31,760 bases of DNA, from the NCBI GenBank assembly GCA_905250115.1, contig CAJNOI010000030.1, positions 120,563 through 152,322 of the forward strand, in the 5' to 3' direction. Shown piece by piece: positions 1 to 11,700 of the stretch; position 1 is the first letter of the stretch; every line of letters starts with the position of its first letter. Source of the stretch: Adineta steineri (Eukaryota). Under the pieces are notes generated by a model that did not search any database, had not been told where the DNA came from, and was given only the letters and a program-made list of their open reading frames with translations. Position numbers and translations under genes: made by a program.

Positions 1-1668
1 TTGTAATAGCGGTAGTGCGCATTAATTATTCTCTTCTTTTTCCTTCTATATTTTTTTTTGTCATTTCAAATAAGAATTTAAAATTGATGGTCTTCATATA
101 CTTATATATTTTACAAGTGCAATATATAGATTTACTACTTGAAAATTTATAATAAATATATGTGCATAGTGTTGGCCAAGAAAAGAAAAAAAAAAGATTT
201 CATTTATTAATTAGCAAATACAAACTTTTTTCTTTACTTTCTAAAGAATGAAAGAAGAAGAAGAAGAAGAGAGGAGAAAATTAACAACAAAAATCAATGT
301 TCTCATTTATGTTGATTCTTTTTTGATTTCTTTTTCTTTAGTAATGTTTGAGATTGTCAAATATGAGATAAACCAGAGAAAATGTTTATGTGTTAAAGCA
401 ACAAAAAAGAAAAGAAAAGAAGAGATATGATGATGATGATTGAAAGAATCAATTGAAACTGTGACCTATTTTCTTATGGAGAAATTTTTTAATAACATGT
501 GTACAATTGTAAGGAAAAAAACATAAATGCTATATTTCGTTGTTGATTATTTTCGGTTGAATGGACGGTATAAAAAGAAAGAAATTCTTTTTTTTCCTTC
601 TTCTTCTTCTTCTCTCTCTCTTATTCTTTCTTCTCAATACAATTGAATGACAATTGTTCACAAAGTTAATCGATACATTTTTTTATTTAGTCAATAAAAA
701 AGAAAAGAAAGGAAGAAAATCCTTGAAAAGCTGCTTACCAAAGCTGATTTGTTCGATCGCACATATACATTGCTTTCAAACAATGGTTTCACATACACAC
801 ACATACACATATATACATCTCTATATCGATGTTAACTCTAGAGAAAGATGACGATGGCAATAGTATTATTATCAACATAGCAAATCATTCAACATGCTAG
901 TGATGATGGTAGATACTGACGACAACACACGCCTTTGCATACTATTCATTTGTCTCTTGAGACAGTGCAAAACGCACTCGCGTATGCAGGAAGCAGTAAC
1001 AGCAAAAAAAAATCATTATGATCACCATCTTATTCTCTCCTTCCCCCCTTCATCATTCCTACACCCAAAGAGACTATTATCTGATTATCTTAACTATTTG
1101 CGCGTTTCTCAATATAAAATACCAACTATTACCTCTAGAGCATTCTTCTTCTCATGTTCAAGAACAAGCACGATTACAAATTACTCTCTCTCACACTTTT
1201 TCCCTATATTGAAATAATGAGAGAAATATATATAGTTATCATATATATATGCATATTATTTACTGAAAAAGGTCATTAGACATGATGTCATAGCTCGTGT
1301 TATACAATTTCAATTGATAACCTCAACATTGAGGTTGAATATACATGTAGATAGTTTTGTACGCAAAACAACCTTCATTCGCAGACAAATGACATCGATA
1401 CTTCCATGTTTACTATCATAAGACAAGCACTAGCTATATTACATACATACATACAAATATATATATATATAAAGGAAGAAGAGCAGATCCGTTCCGGAAT
1501 AATTCGAAGAGGAAGACATCTAGAATTGATAATTGACATCATGAGGAAAAGAGGAAGAAGCATGCTTGACAAGAGAAGATCTACGCTCTCTTACACTTGA
1601 CAAAATCGATGATCGACAACGATGATCAATAAGAGAGCGTAGTTCAAGAGAAAAGTTAGTTTCTTCTT

Positions 1669-1688
1669 TTCTCTCTCTCTCTCTCTCT
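1669..1688. repeat. (CT)10 dinucleotide microsatellite
   Basis: Direct reading ctctctctctctctctctct. The first 2 kb also contains (GAA)7 at about 252-272, (TTC)n/(TC)n at about 598-620, (ATAC)3(AT)n at about 1440-1468 and other low-complexity tracts. Confidence 0.85.
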
Positions 1689-3699
1689 ATCTCTTCACAT
1701 ATATATATACATCGATTGATTATGCAAAAAGACAATTTCATTTCTAATTCACTTATTTCCTAACTAATCTTCTAATTTTGCATAAAATTTACTTCGAAAT
1801 CTATTTCTATTATTAGACTTACTTTTTCGCTTATATGCATTTTTTTCATAAAATAAAGAGCAAATATGCCGGAAAAATTAGTAAAGGAAGTGTTGTAAAA
1901 ATCAAAGCAAATGCTAATCTTTATTCTTTTTTTTTGCCTAATAATAATAACAATACTTTCCGATTAACTTTTATTCACAATATACAATTGAATTCATTCA
2001 AATGTATATACAAAGAACATACATATCTATGTATAAGTATATATACACCTTTTTTTCTCTTTTTCTTTTTTTTTTTTTTGTTTTCTTTTATTTGAACTAA
2101 ATCAGAAATGAACTTTCTAGCTTAATTGACATGATAGAACAGAGTGTTACTAATTCGATTATCTCGGATTGAAGTCTTCAAATTAACATGTTTGATTTTT
2201 TTTAACGATTAAATAACATTCTCATAACTTGTAGAGATCAAAGTGATGATGACGGCGATCGAACGATCAAATACTTGGAATAAGTAATTCTCGCTCGCAC
2301 CCACTTATTTCTTTGACTAAATCAAAAAAAATCTGTTCTACATCAATAATAGAAACAGCGTTAAAAGGCCCACTAACAACATCATTTACTAAACGTATGT
2401 GTGCACGCAATAGAGAAAAAAAAAAGTCAAAATTAAACTACACATAAGAGGTAGTTGACGACGTTACTATTGTTTGATGTCTATATCTAGTGATAATATT
2501 GTTCAATAAAAATGAATGAAACGAACAAATTAAAAAGCAATCATATTTTACCGGAAAAAAACCTATCTTAATCGTTTTTTATAGATTGATTCTTTTATCT
2601 TTACCTGAAGGATTGATTGGTATTGTTTGATTGATTCCATCTGTTTCTTGTTCCTTTTGTGCGTATTCCAAACTAGAAGAGAAAATTAATAAACTATTAA
2701 ATAAAATCGATTTTTTTTCTTCTTCTTTATAGAATCACCAGATATATAGATTTTAATCAAAATATTTGTTTCTGGATGTTTTCATCAATAAAAACTAAAT
2801 CAAATTTCTGTTATATATAAAAATTCCTAAACTAATGTCAACATGATCGTAATTATAAATCTAATTAATCAAATACACAAAATTAATTTCTTAAAATAAA
2901 TTAAATTACAACTCATACATCATATGATTAATAAATATTCTCTAACAATTTCATACACCAAAAAAATTATTTCCAGTTGATTTACACTGAATCATGAAAT
3001 TTCTTTTGCTCTATTTTCAATAGTTAATTTATAGTGATTCAAAAAACAAAACAAAGAACTTCATTATTTTTTTCTTTTAAGAATATATGTTTTGTATTAA
3101 GCTGCGATATATAAACTAATTGATTGACTTCAAGGAAAAGAAAAAAAAAAACGCTGACAATTTGTAAAATACATGATTGAATAGACCATTAAATACGAAT
3201 TATTTTTAATTAACTTAGATAGAAAAAATAATAAAGTGAACATAAAGTTTAACTCATATCTTATGAACGAACATATAATTAATGCACAAAGTAAATATAG
3301 AAGATTTTCAATTGTCAGGAAGAAAAACAACGTAGGGAAATTAAATATTGAAAAGCGCTTCTTTATGCTGCTATTGTAGAAATTAACAAAATAACGAGTG
3401 ATCAAAATGTTTATTCACTTTTCATCAGCAAGAAAATATATAGAATTTTATGTTTTTCTCAAATATAAATTTTGTTTCCATTGATAATTTTTTTTAATGG
3501 CGAATGAACACAGTTCTAGGTTTCTTTTCGGATTTACTAAAAATTACTGAAGTCAGTCGTTTTATAGAGCAACTTCTGATGTGTAAAAGCCTGTTGAAGA
3601 TATTTTTACTAAGGGACAAAACTTTGGTTTAACTCATACGAGTAAAAAATAAATTGTACTGATTCGATATCAGTCAGATAGAACATGAGACCAAAATAG

Positions 3700-3895
3700 A
3701 ATCCTGCATTGGGTCGATTTTCGAAACTCGACAGATTTACCAACAAGTGCATGAGCTTCGGTTGTCATTATCCATACTTGTTTCGATGTGTGTATTAGTC
3801 ACACACACTGAATTAACAGTGTAGACACGCAAAACAAACTATCATGTCTAAAGATGAGAGTTGGCGGGTTTTAAAACCCGACCCAATGCAGGACT
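3700..3895. repeat. Short inverted-repeat (MITE-like or hairpin) element: 15-17-bp perfect inverted termini (tcctgcattgggtcg / cgacccaatgcagga) flanking a 161-bp spacer that holds the palindrome ggttttaaaacc
   Basis: Direct reading: 3702-3716 is the exact reverse complement of 3879-3893. The element lies immediately 3' of the JmjC exon that ends at 3935, so it is in an intron or the 3' flank. Confidence 0.35.
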
Positions 3896-3934
3896 CTAGA
3901 CCACAATTCGAACTGAAAATAAACACAATCTTAC

Positions 3935-5001
3935 CAATCATCAGCAATATGTGTAATGCCAGTTAAACAATGTACATAACGTTCAATGACATACCACATA
4001 CTTTCAATAAAATATGGATATCGAAAACGATCTGGTACACGAATTTTTCTTTCGATTGTCCAAATTTGAATTTGCATTGGAATTTTAAAAGAATTCAAAA
4101 AATTTCCACCAAATACAAGAGAATCTTCGGGTGTATATACAGCATGTATCCAACCTGATGGTAAAAAAAATGTCCAACCAGGTTCAAGAATAATCATTTG
4201 ACAATCATTTGAAGCAACTACATCAGCAAAAAAACATTCATGTTGTCGTCCAGATAAAATCCATTCTTCATATAAACGTAGATGAGATTCTGTAGGTGGT
4301 AATAACCAAAATACTTTCTTTCCTTTTAATACATGATACCAAACAGATGATCCACCTAACAAAAAAAACTTTATTAATCAAATAAAAAAATATTTCAAAT
4401 AAAATTTTACCCATGTCAATATGAAAATCAGTGAAACATTTTGCAACTGACATAAGAACATATCTGTAAAAAATTTACTTTAGTTTTTATTATGAAAATA
4501 ATTTTTTTCATTTTTTTACTTTCGAGTTTTGGGATAATACATATGTTCTTGTTTGAGATTATTTTGATATTGTGCTTGCATTTCTAGCCAATATTTAGGC
4601 CAAGTATTTGTAATCCAATCAATTTCACGCACCTAAAAAATAAAGGTTTCAAAAAGAAAATACATTTTTTGTTAATAACTTACAATTGATGGTGATTCAA
4701 CATATCTTTCAAGTGCTGTATGACTAAATTCTAAAGAAATAACATTTAGTAATCTAGAACGTTTGTCTGATGGTTGATCATAATAATCTGTCCATGATTT
4801 CATTGTCATTTGTAGTGATTCTTGAGTTTCAACATTAACAACATCAATGATACGTTTTGAACCAATACATAAACGAACATCGTGAACTGTAAATCGAGAT
4901 GTGGGAACACGAAGACCCAAACCACGATGTTGTTTTATAACAACTGGATTTGGAAAACCGGTACGTTGAATATAAGATAAATTGAACTCTACATAGAACA
5001 A
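3935..5001 (-). CDS. JmjC-domain lysine demethylase, KDM2/JHDM1 (FBXL10/11)-like; partial model covering the JmjC catalytic region
   Basis: The minus-strand translation aligns closely with the KDM2A JmjC domain, for example GGSSVWYHVLKGKKVFWLLPPT...[51 protein letters not shown] versus human KDM2A GGTSVWYHI...[52 protein letters not shown]. The upstream exon (NVISLEFSHTALERYV) matches the KDM2A N-terminal region. Four exons fit GT-AG splice sites: 4684-5001 (possible start Met at 5001), 4520-4632, 4411-4463 and 3935-4355. The last exon has a GTAAGA donor directly after ...ADD, so further 3' exons probably lie below 3935 but were not found. No CXXC, PHD or F-box coding sequence was found. Confidence 0.8.
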
Positions 5002-5163
5002 TTGAAAAAGTTAATAACATTATATTTATTAAAAGATAAGAATATCCATGCACTAAATATAGTATAACTGAAATGTATTGTGATGATATAACATTCTTGC
5101 TATTGTATAAAGTAAGGTGCTGCAACAGGATTTGATATTCTCAAAATAAAAACTTCAGCTTAA

Positions 5164-5415
5164 TTCTTGGGTTCTTTTGAAGATGTGCGATGAATAGAGA
5201 ATATAATTCTCTATCAGGCCTTTGTATTTTTAGATTTCATTCAAGATGTATGGAGGAGAAATACTAACAGGATTAGAAAAATCCCGATTTTTTCGGATTT
5301 TTGAATCCTATTGGTATTTGTCCTGCGATACATCTTGAGTGAGATCCGAAAATACAATGATCTGATAGAGAATTTTATTCTCTATTCATCGTACATCTTC
5401 AAAAGAACGCAAGAA
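5164..5415. mobile_element. MITE-like non-autonomous foldback element, about 252 bp, with about 54-bp terminal inverted repeats (51/54 identical) and a partly self-complementary core
   Basis: Left arm 5164-5217 (ttcttgggttcttttgaagatgtgcgatgaatagagaatataattctctatcag) is the reverse complement of right arm 5362-5415 with 3 mismatches. Internal arms are also complementary (tcaagatgtat / atacatcttga), and the centre aaaaatcccgattttttcggattttt is near-palindromic. It has no coding capacity. It sits in the divergent intergenic region between the JmjC and exostosin genes. Confidence 0.5.
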
Positions 5416-7288
5416 TTGAACTGAAATCTCTATTTTGAAAATACCCAATCCCGATGCAGTACCCTAGTGTAAAACATGTTCAATAAAAGATCTGAGAGTG
5501 TAGATGATACATCAGATATATAAGGAGAAACTATTTCAAATCAATTTAGTATTGATTCATGAAATTCATTCTGCTTTAGAATATTACAACTGTTGATATT
5601 AAAATTCCAAAGAAAAACTCTTATCTAATTGGCAGATTTCATCCATTTAAAGGATTTTCAATTTTGTCTACAAGTCATATAGTCTTATATGACAATTAAT
5701 ATGCTTCCAATATTACATGCTAGTTTCTGATTCTGTGTAAGAAACTTCGTCATTAATAATGTGTTCATAGCCTCGGAGAATAAAACTGTAAAATGAGTCA
5801 AAGAAAAACAACCAGTCAGTCTTACTTTGCTTTCATAGCAATAAAAAAATCGATTATTCAGTTGGAAGATAAATATACTAGATATTATTTGCCCGTGTAC
5901 AATCTTTCAAATTATTAATAAATTGAATTCTATTTTCTATTGATTCCGTTATTAGTATGATATCAGTAGATCTCATTTAAATTATATATTATTATTTTAA
6001 CTGAATACAAACCATCAGCTGTGAGTTCTTCAACAAATTTGCCTTGATAATTATTCGAAGCAGCAAATTTTTGTTCAATATTCCATTTTTGTTCATTTTC
6101 TAATACTTCTTCAAGAAGAATATCATCATCTTCATCATTATAATTCTTTTTCGCTTGTGTACGCTAAAAAATGAATTTAAAATCAATTATCTAATCTATT
6201 CATAACAATTGAATTAACTAGAATTTCATTTTGTTGCAATACATCATGCAAGTTAGATCAATTATTGTCTAAATATGATGATTAACTTTTAGATTAGTAA
6301 TTCTATAGAAATGTAATCTGTTTATAGATAATCTACACACTTATTCGATAGAAATTAAGATGACATGTCTGAACAATTTTTGCTCATTATCTAAGATCAA
6401 AAGCAAAGAATTAAAATTTGTTTAAAGTATAGCTCATTAATTATAAATAAATAACCGACTGCATTAATAATATCATCCCCTTCTCTTATTCATATTTCAT
6501 ATACTTTCCGCTGATATATAAATCTAATTTTTTTAGAGCAATTATACTTTGCTATATAGCATCTGTTCTATGTTTTTATAGCAAACTTCATTGAATATTT
6601 ACTTTCAATAAATTAACTTTTAATTACAGTGACATAATTCTCCATGTTTAATAACTTTCAGATTGATTCAATCTGTCATATTAGATAAAAATAATATTTT
6701 CACTTAAAATCTAGCTAAACATTATTTTCAATTAAATCCTAATTATTTGTTTTCTACTGGCTGATTTCTTTCCAGTCTATACAGTCATAAAAAATTGTAT
6801 ACATACCAATCGACGACCTTCTTTATTAGTAGAAGACATAATATTATAAAAATATTTTTTTATTATTTCCGTTTCAAAATTTCATTTTAAATTAATAATT
6901 GAAAATATACATATATATAGTTGATTTGTTTATGATTCAACACACTTAAATAGAAAAACAAGTATGAAAGAGATACTTGAAAAAATATTATAATTACATA
7001 TACCTTATTGATCTGATTAATTATCATTTAGATTACTGTATTAAAAAAAATTTTTTTATACAAAGTAAAATTGAGAAAAAAAGATTTTTTTAAACTTTTT
7101 ATTCAATATATAAATAAATAAAAAAATAAAAATTTGTTTTTTTGGAAAATAGAGTTCGCTAGTGTACAGTTAAAAATAAAATGCATAAATAAATGTTATA
7201 TTATAGAGGACAAAGATCAACATGAATTGGTTAGAGTACTTATTGTCTGTCATTTTTCTGTGGTTTAATTAATCATATTTTATTCTAT

Positions 7289-8562
7289 ATGTTATATGAC
7301 ACAATGATAAGAACTCTTTTAATTTTTTCTAATATATCTCAACGTTTGACTTTTCTTCTATTTATCTGTATTCTTATATGTCTTGTACAAATTGCACTAA
7401 TATTTCAACTTTTTTCTCATCATGATAAAGTTCATTCTTCATCTCGTTTTATGAAATTAAATTGTAAACAAAAATTATTATGTCCAAATAATATTACACG
7501 TTTTTCTATTCATATTGATAAGAATATTCAATATCCGAATATATCTTATATACGTTCACCTGTTTTTGCAATAATACTTGATACAATTCGAAATTCATCG
7601 TATTACACAAATGATTCAACATCAGCATGTATACATATAGCACCAGTTGATACAATTGATCGTGATCGTCGATCAAAAAATGGTGATTACCTATATTTTA
7701 TCGAACAACGTTTAAAATTTTTTCCGGAATGGTCAGATCCGAATAAAATTCATTTAATATTTAATCATTATACAGGTAGTTTTTTCATTTCATTTTATCA
7801 GAATAGAGAAATGTGTTCAATCTTTAAAATTCTTTTTTATTTTTGGCAAAAATCTCGTAACTTCATTCTCTTCTAGGCACTTGGCCTTCTTATCATCGTA
7901 CACTTGATTTTAATTTACCATCTCATTATATTCTTGCATCAACTAGTTTGACATATAGTAATTATAATTGTCTATCACATCTAACATTTCCATTGTTTCA
8001 TTCTAATTATTCATTTTCCTCTTCTTCTTCTTCTTTACCTTCGCGTTCCATACTTCTTTCATTTAAAGGAAAAAGTTATGAAGATGTTCAACATCATCGT
8101 ACATTTTTTCGTCATTTAAATAATAATCACGATATTATTATCAAATATACAGATCATACAAATACTTCCGATGATAAAAATGAATATATTCAACTTCTTC
8201 AACAATCACATTTTTGTCTTGTACCTAGTGGACGTCGTTTATATTCTTATCGTCTCCTTGAAACATTACAATATGGTTGTATACCTGTTATAACAACCAA
8301 TGACAATGAGTTAATTATTCTTCCATTTAGTGAAATTATTGATTGGTCAAAATCAGTGATTATCTATTCAAATGCATCATTAAGTTTATTACCATATTAT
8401 TTAAAAATGATAAGTAAAACTCAACGAAATGATATGCAAAAGCAATGTTTAACTATATGGTTAGAATATTTTTCATCAATTCAACGTATTGTTTTAACTG
8501 CACTTCATATCTTAAATGATCGTTTTATATCTTCCTTTTCTTCTCTTTCTATTCAATATTAA
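7289..8562 (+). CDS. Exostosin (GT47) domain glycosyltransferase, EXT1/EXT2-like, covering the N-terminal exostosin domain only; 2 exons, 390 aa
   Basis: Exons 7289-7775 and 7877-8562, with a GTAGT donor, a 101-bp intron and a tctag acceptor (phase 1). The spliced junction gives ...IFNHYTG|TWPSY, matching EXT1 LIFNLYSGTWPDY. Exon 2 (FCLVPSGRRLYSYRLLETLQYGCIPVITTNDNELIILPFSEIIDWSKS...LTIWLEYFSSIQRIVLTALHILNDRFI) aligns with EXT1 [47 protein letters not shown]...[26 protein letters not shown]. The N-terminal hydrophobic stretch fits a type II signal-anchor. The ORF stops at 8562. No GT64 domain follows before the next gene starts at 8786. Confidence 0.85.
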
Positions 8563-8785
8563 CCTTCTAACAACACATATACGCGACGAGGATACGTTTG
8601 TTTTTTCTTTCGTTCTTTTCTTTCGTCTGCTTATAATCTAGTCGTCATGATCGTATCGGTCGGTCTTTGTTCATATCATTCACTTTGTTTCACATAGGTC
8701 ACGATTCTAAAGAAGTAGAAGAAGGAGAAGAAGAAAAAATATATTTTTGTATTTCAGATTTGTTCTATATTATTAAAATAGAATA

Positions 8786-11700
8786 ATGACAGATATTATA
8801 ATTGATGATGATATTATTGATACAAGTAAAACAACAACATCAGGTTCGAATTCTTCAATAACAGCAACTCGTCGACCGATGTTTATTGAAACTGAAGTTC
8901 GTACAGATACAGTTACAAAACGACGAGTAGGTTCAACAACTGCAAGTAGAAGTGTTTATGATATACTTCAAAGTACGAAATCACCTACTGAGTAAGTTTT
9001 CCATAAATAAATTAATATTGGAATAAAAAAAAATTGATTTTCTTTATTTTTAGTGGACGTCCACCAACAACTTATACTTATGCTCACAGGTAACTATTGA
9101 ATTAGTATTAAGTTTTGCATAGAAAATCTCTAGTATTAGTGTCTAAGTGTTAAAAAGGTCTGACACTTCTACTTATTTCGATGAGTATCGCTTTCTATAT
9201 ATAATTCTCAGGCAAACATAAGATGTATGGATTCTGCTACCTATTTGATTATTACTGATATGGTAGAAGTTATTTCATAGTTGATAAATAAATTCATTAG
9301 TATAGATCTATGTTTTGTAGCGATATTCAGGTAAAACGATACGATCTTATACTGTCAAGTATTTTATAATACGAAATATCAAATTATACAGCTCAAGGTA
9401 GATTATTATCTTTAGTCTGCGTGTGCTGAATAATTATGAATAAAAACCACAGTAGTCCTTTGACTTTGAGATAAGCAATAGCAATCGTTAACTGTAATTA
9501 AAATAATTAAGAGATACTTTATCGGCGACATATCTATTATAGAATCTGATAGTTAGAATGGAATTCTATATCACTGCAAGATGGTTAACTCGGCTAATTA
9601 GCAACGGTGCACTTTCCCACTCAAAACTGTTTGATTCTTCGGTGACTTTACTGAAGGATCTGAGAAAATCCAGTATTATTTCAAGAATTATAGAACAGTT
9701 CCAATGTGATCTAATTTTATAAAACATTTAATTGATTTTCTTAATCCAATCCATGTGGGATTCTCCTTGATAGACCCTTCGATATGGGTTTTATATTGAA
9801 ATACTGTTCGTTTTTGTTGGAATCAGTACTAATGTAAACTTAGTAAACTATGTAAATGATAAGTAATTGTATCATTGAAGTTTAACTCATTTTATATTAT
9901 TTTCTAGTGTTTCTTATATGCCTGTGACGGAAAGTGGTTCATGTGATGTTCCAGTAATGGCTCGTCGTGATTTACATGGTGATTATTCAACATATGGATC
10001 AAGAAGTTTTTCATCATCGAATCAAACAACATTTTCATCACCTGCACGATTTATGTCTAATGTTAAATCACAATTAGTTAATAGTTATTCAGCTTTACGT
10101 GATCGTTTAACACATCACAATAATACTGATGAACATGCATCAACACTTTTAAATTCTCCATCAACACAAGGTGGTGCACGTTATACTCGTTCATCGTCGC
10201 AATCATCAACAAATGGTACATCCTCAGGTTATCATCTTCGTCGACGTGCTCCAGTACATTCAACACCACGTGATAATGATCTTGAAGAACTTAAGACAAC
10301 AAGTAAACAACGTAAAGATAGAAAAAGTCAAGATAGCCGTCAAGAAGATCAAGATGATGAAGTTGAGGAAGAACAAGATGAAAAACATCATAAAGAAAAA
10401 CATGATCATGATGATCGAGATAGTCTTATTGTTCGTCTTATTAAACGAATTCTTCATTTACCACTCGATATTTTAAGTTTTGTATGGAATCTATTCTTTG
10501 GTTTACCATGGTGGTTATTACTTCCACTTCTTTTACTACTTGGATTTTATGTTTGTAAGTTTTTTCTTTTATTCTTTTTTCTATTTAATAATTTTTCTTC
10601 AATTTCTATAGTTCCTAATTTGGCATGTAAACCATTTGAACATTATCCTGAATCAAAATTATATCAAGGTTGTCGAAATTTTCAAGAATATACTAATAAT
10701 GTTACAAATAATGGAATCCATTTTATTGAAGAACATACATATAAACGTGGTTTACATAATCTCAAAAGATTTTATCATAAAATCATCGATGTTAAAGATT
10801 CAATAGCCAATACAGCAGATGATGTTTTATTTAAAATAAAAAAAACATTTCATCGTAAAGTTGATAATGTTAAAGATCAAGTTAGTGATGTTGTTGGAAC
10901 AACGAAAGATAGTGTCAAGGAATATTGTGATGCTGGCTTAGATAAAGTCAATGGTTTAATTGAAGAACTTAAACGTGAAAAAGAAAAATATCTTGGCGGT
11001 AAACATGCATTAAAACCTGCACAAGAAAAAGAATATGAACATGTAAGTTATTGAGATTTCTTTTTATAAAGAAAATAGTTTACGTTTTAATTTTATTTAG
11101 TTAATTCGAGTTTTACTTGATGAATATGCAGCAGATGAAACTGGTCAAGCTGATTATGCACTTGAAGCAAATGGTAAATTTTTATAAGAAAAAAATATAT
11201 ATAACTGAAATGATGTATTTTTAGGTGGAAAAATTGTCGATACAAGATGTACGGAATATACAGATGAACCACGGCAAAATGTTGTGAAATTTCTTGGTAT
11301 ACCAATTGTACATATGTCTAAACAACCCAATATTATGATCAAAGTGCGCGGAATTATTTTTATTAGTTAGTTCGAAAGAAATAATTTTTTGATTTATTCA
11401 TTTAGGCTGGACGTATGCCGGGTCAATGTTTTCCATTTAAAGGTGATCATGGTAGTGTTCTTATTAAATTAGCTGTACCTGTTAAACCATCAGAATTTAC
11501 AATGGAACATTTATCGAAAAGTATTTCAATTGTCGGACATATTAATAGTGCACCAAATAATTTTACGGTTTATGTAAGTCGAATTGTATTTAATGAGAAA
11601 ATATTTCGTAAAGAGTGTATCGGAGTGGTTACTAAGTCTGAAACGAGAACTACTGTAGTCATTGTTTGATATTGAAGATTCGCCTGAAATTCTCTAAGGA

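Noticed and set aside
894-2095. ORFs 894-1217, 1018-1212, 1375-1741 and 1835-2095
   Set aside because: They overlap microsatellites and homopolymers. The peptides are low-complexity (poly-F, poly-N, poly-S) with no recognisable homology or splice structure.
8836-8856. tRNA T-loop-like motif GGTTCGAATTC
   Set aside because: It lies inside SUN exon 1, in frame (..SGSNSS..). No acceptor or anticodon stems are foldable around it, and no A-box is present.
10078-10476. ORFs 10078-10269(-), 10171-10476(+) and 10260-10457(-) overlapping SUN exon 3
   Set aside because: They are out-of-frame or antisense shadows of the real SUN coding exon. They are low-complexity and lack homology.
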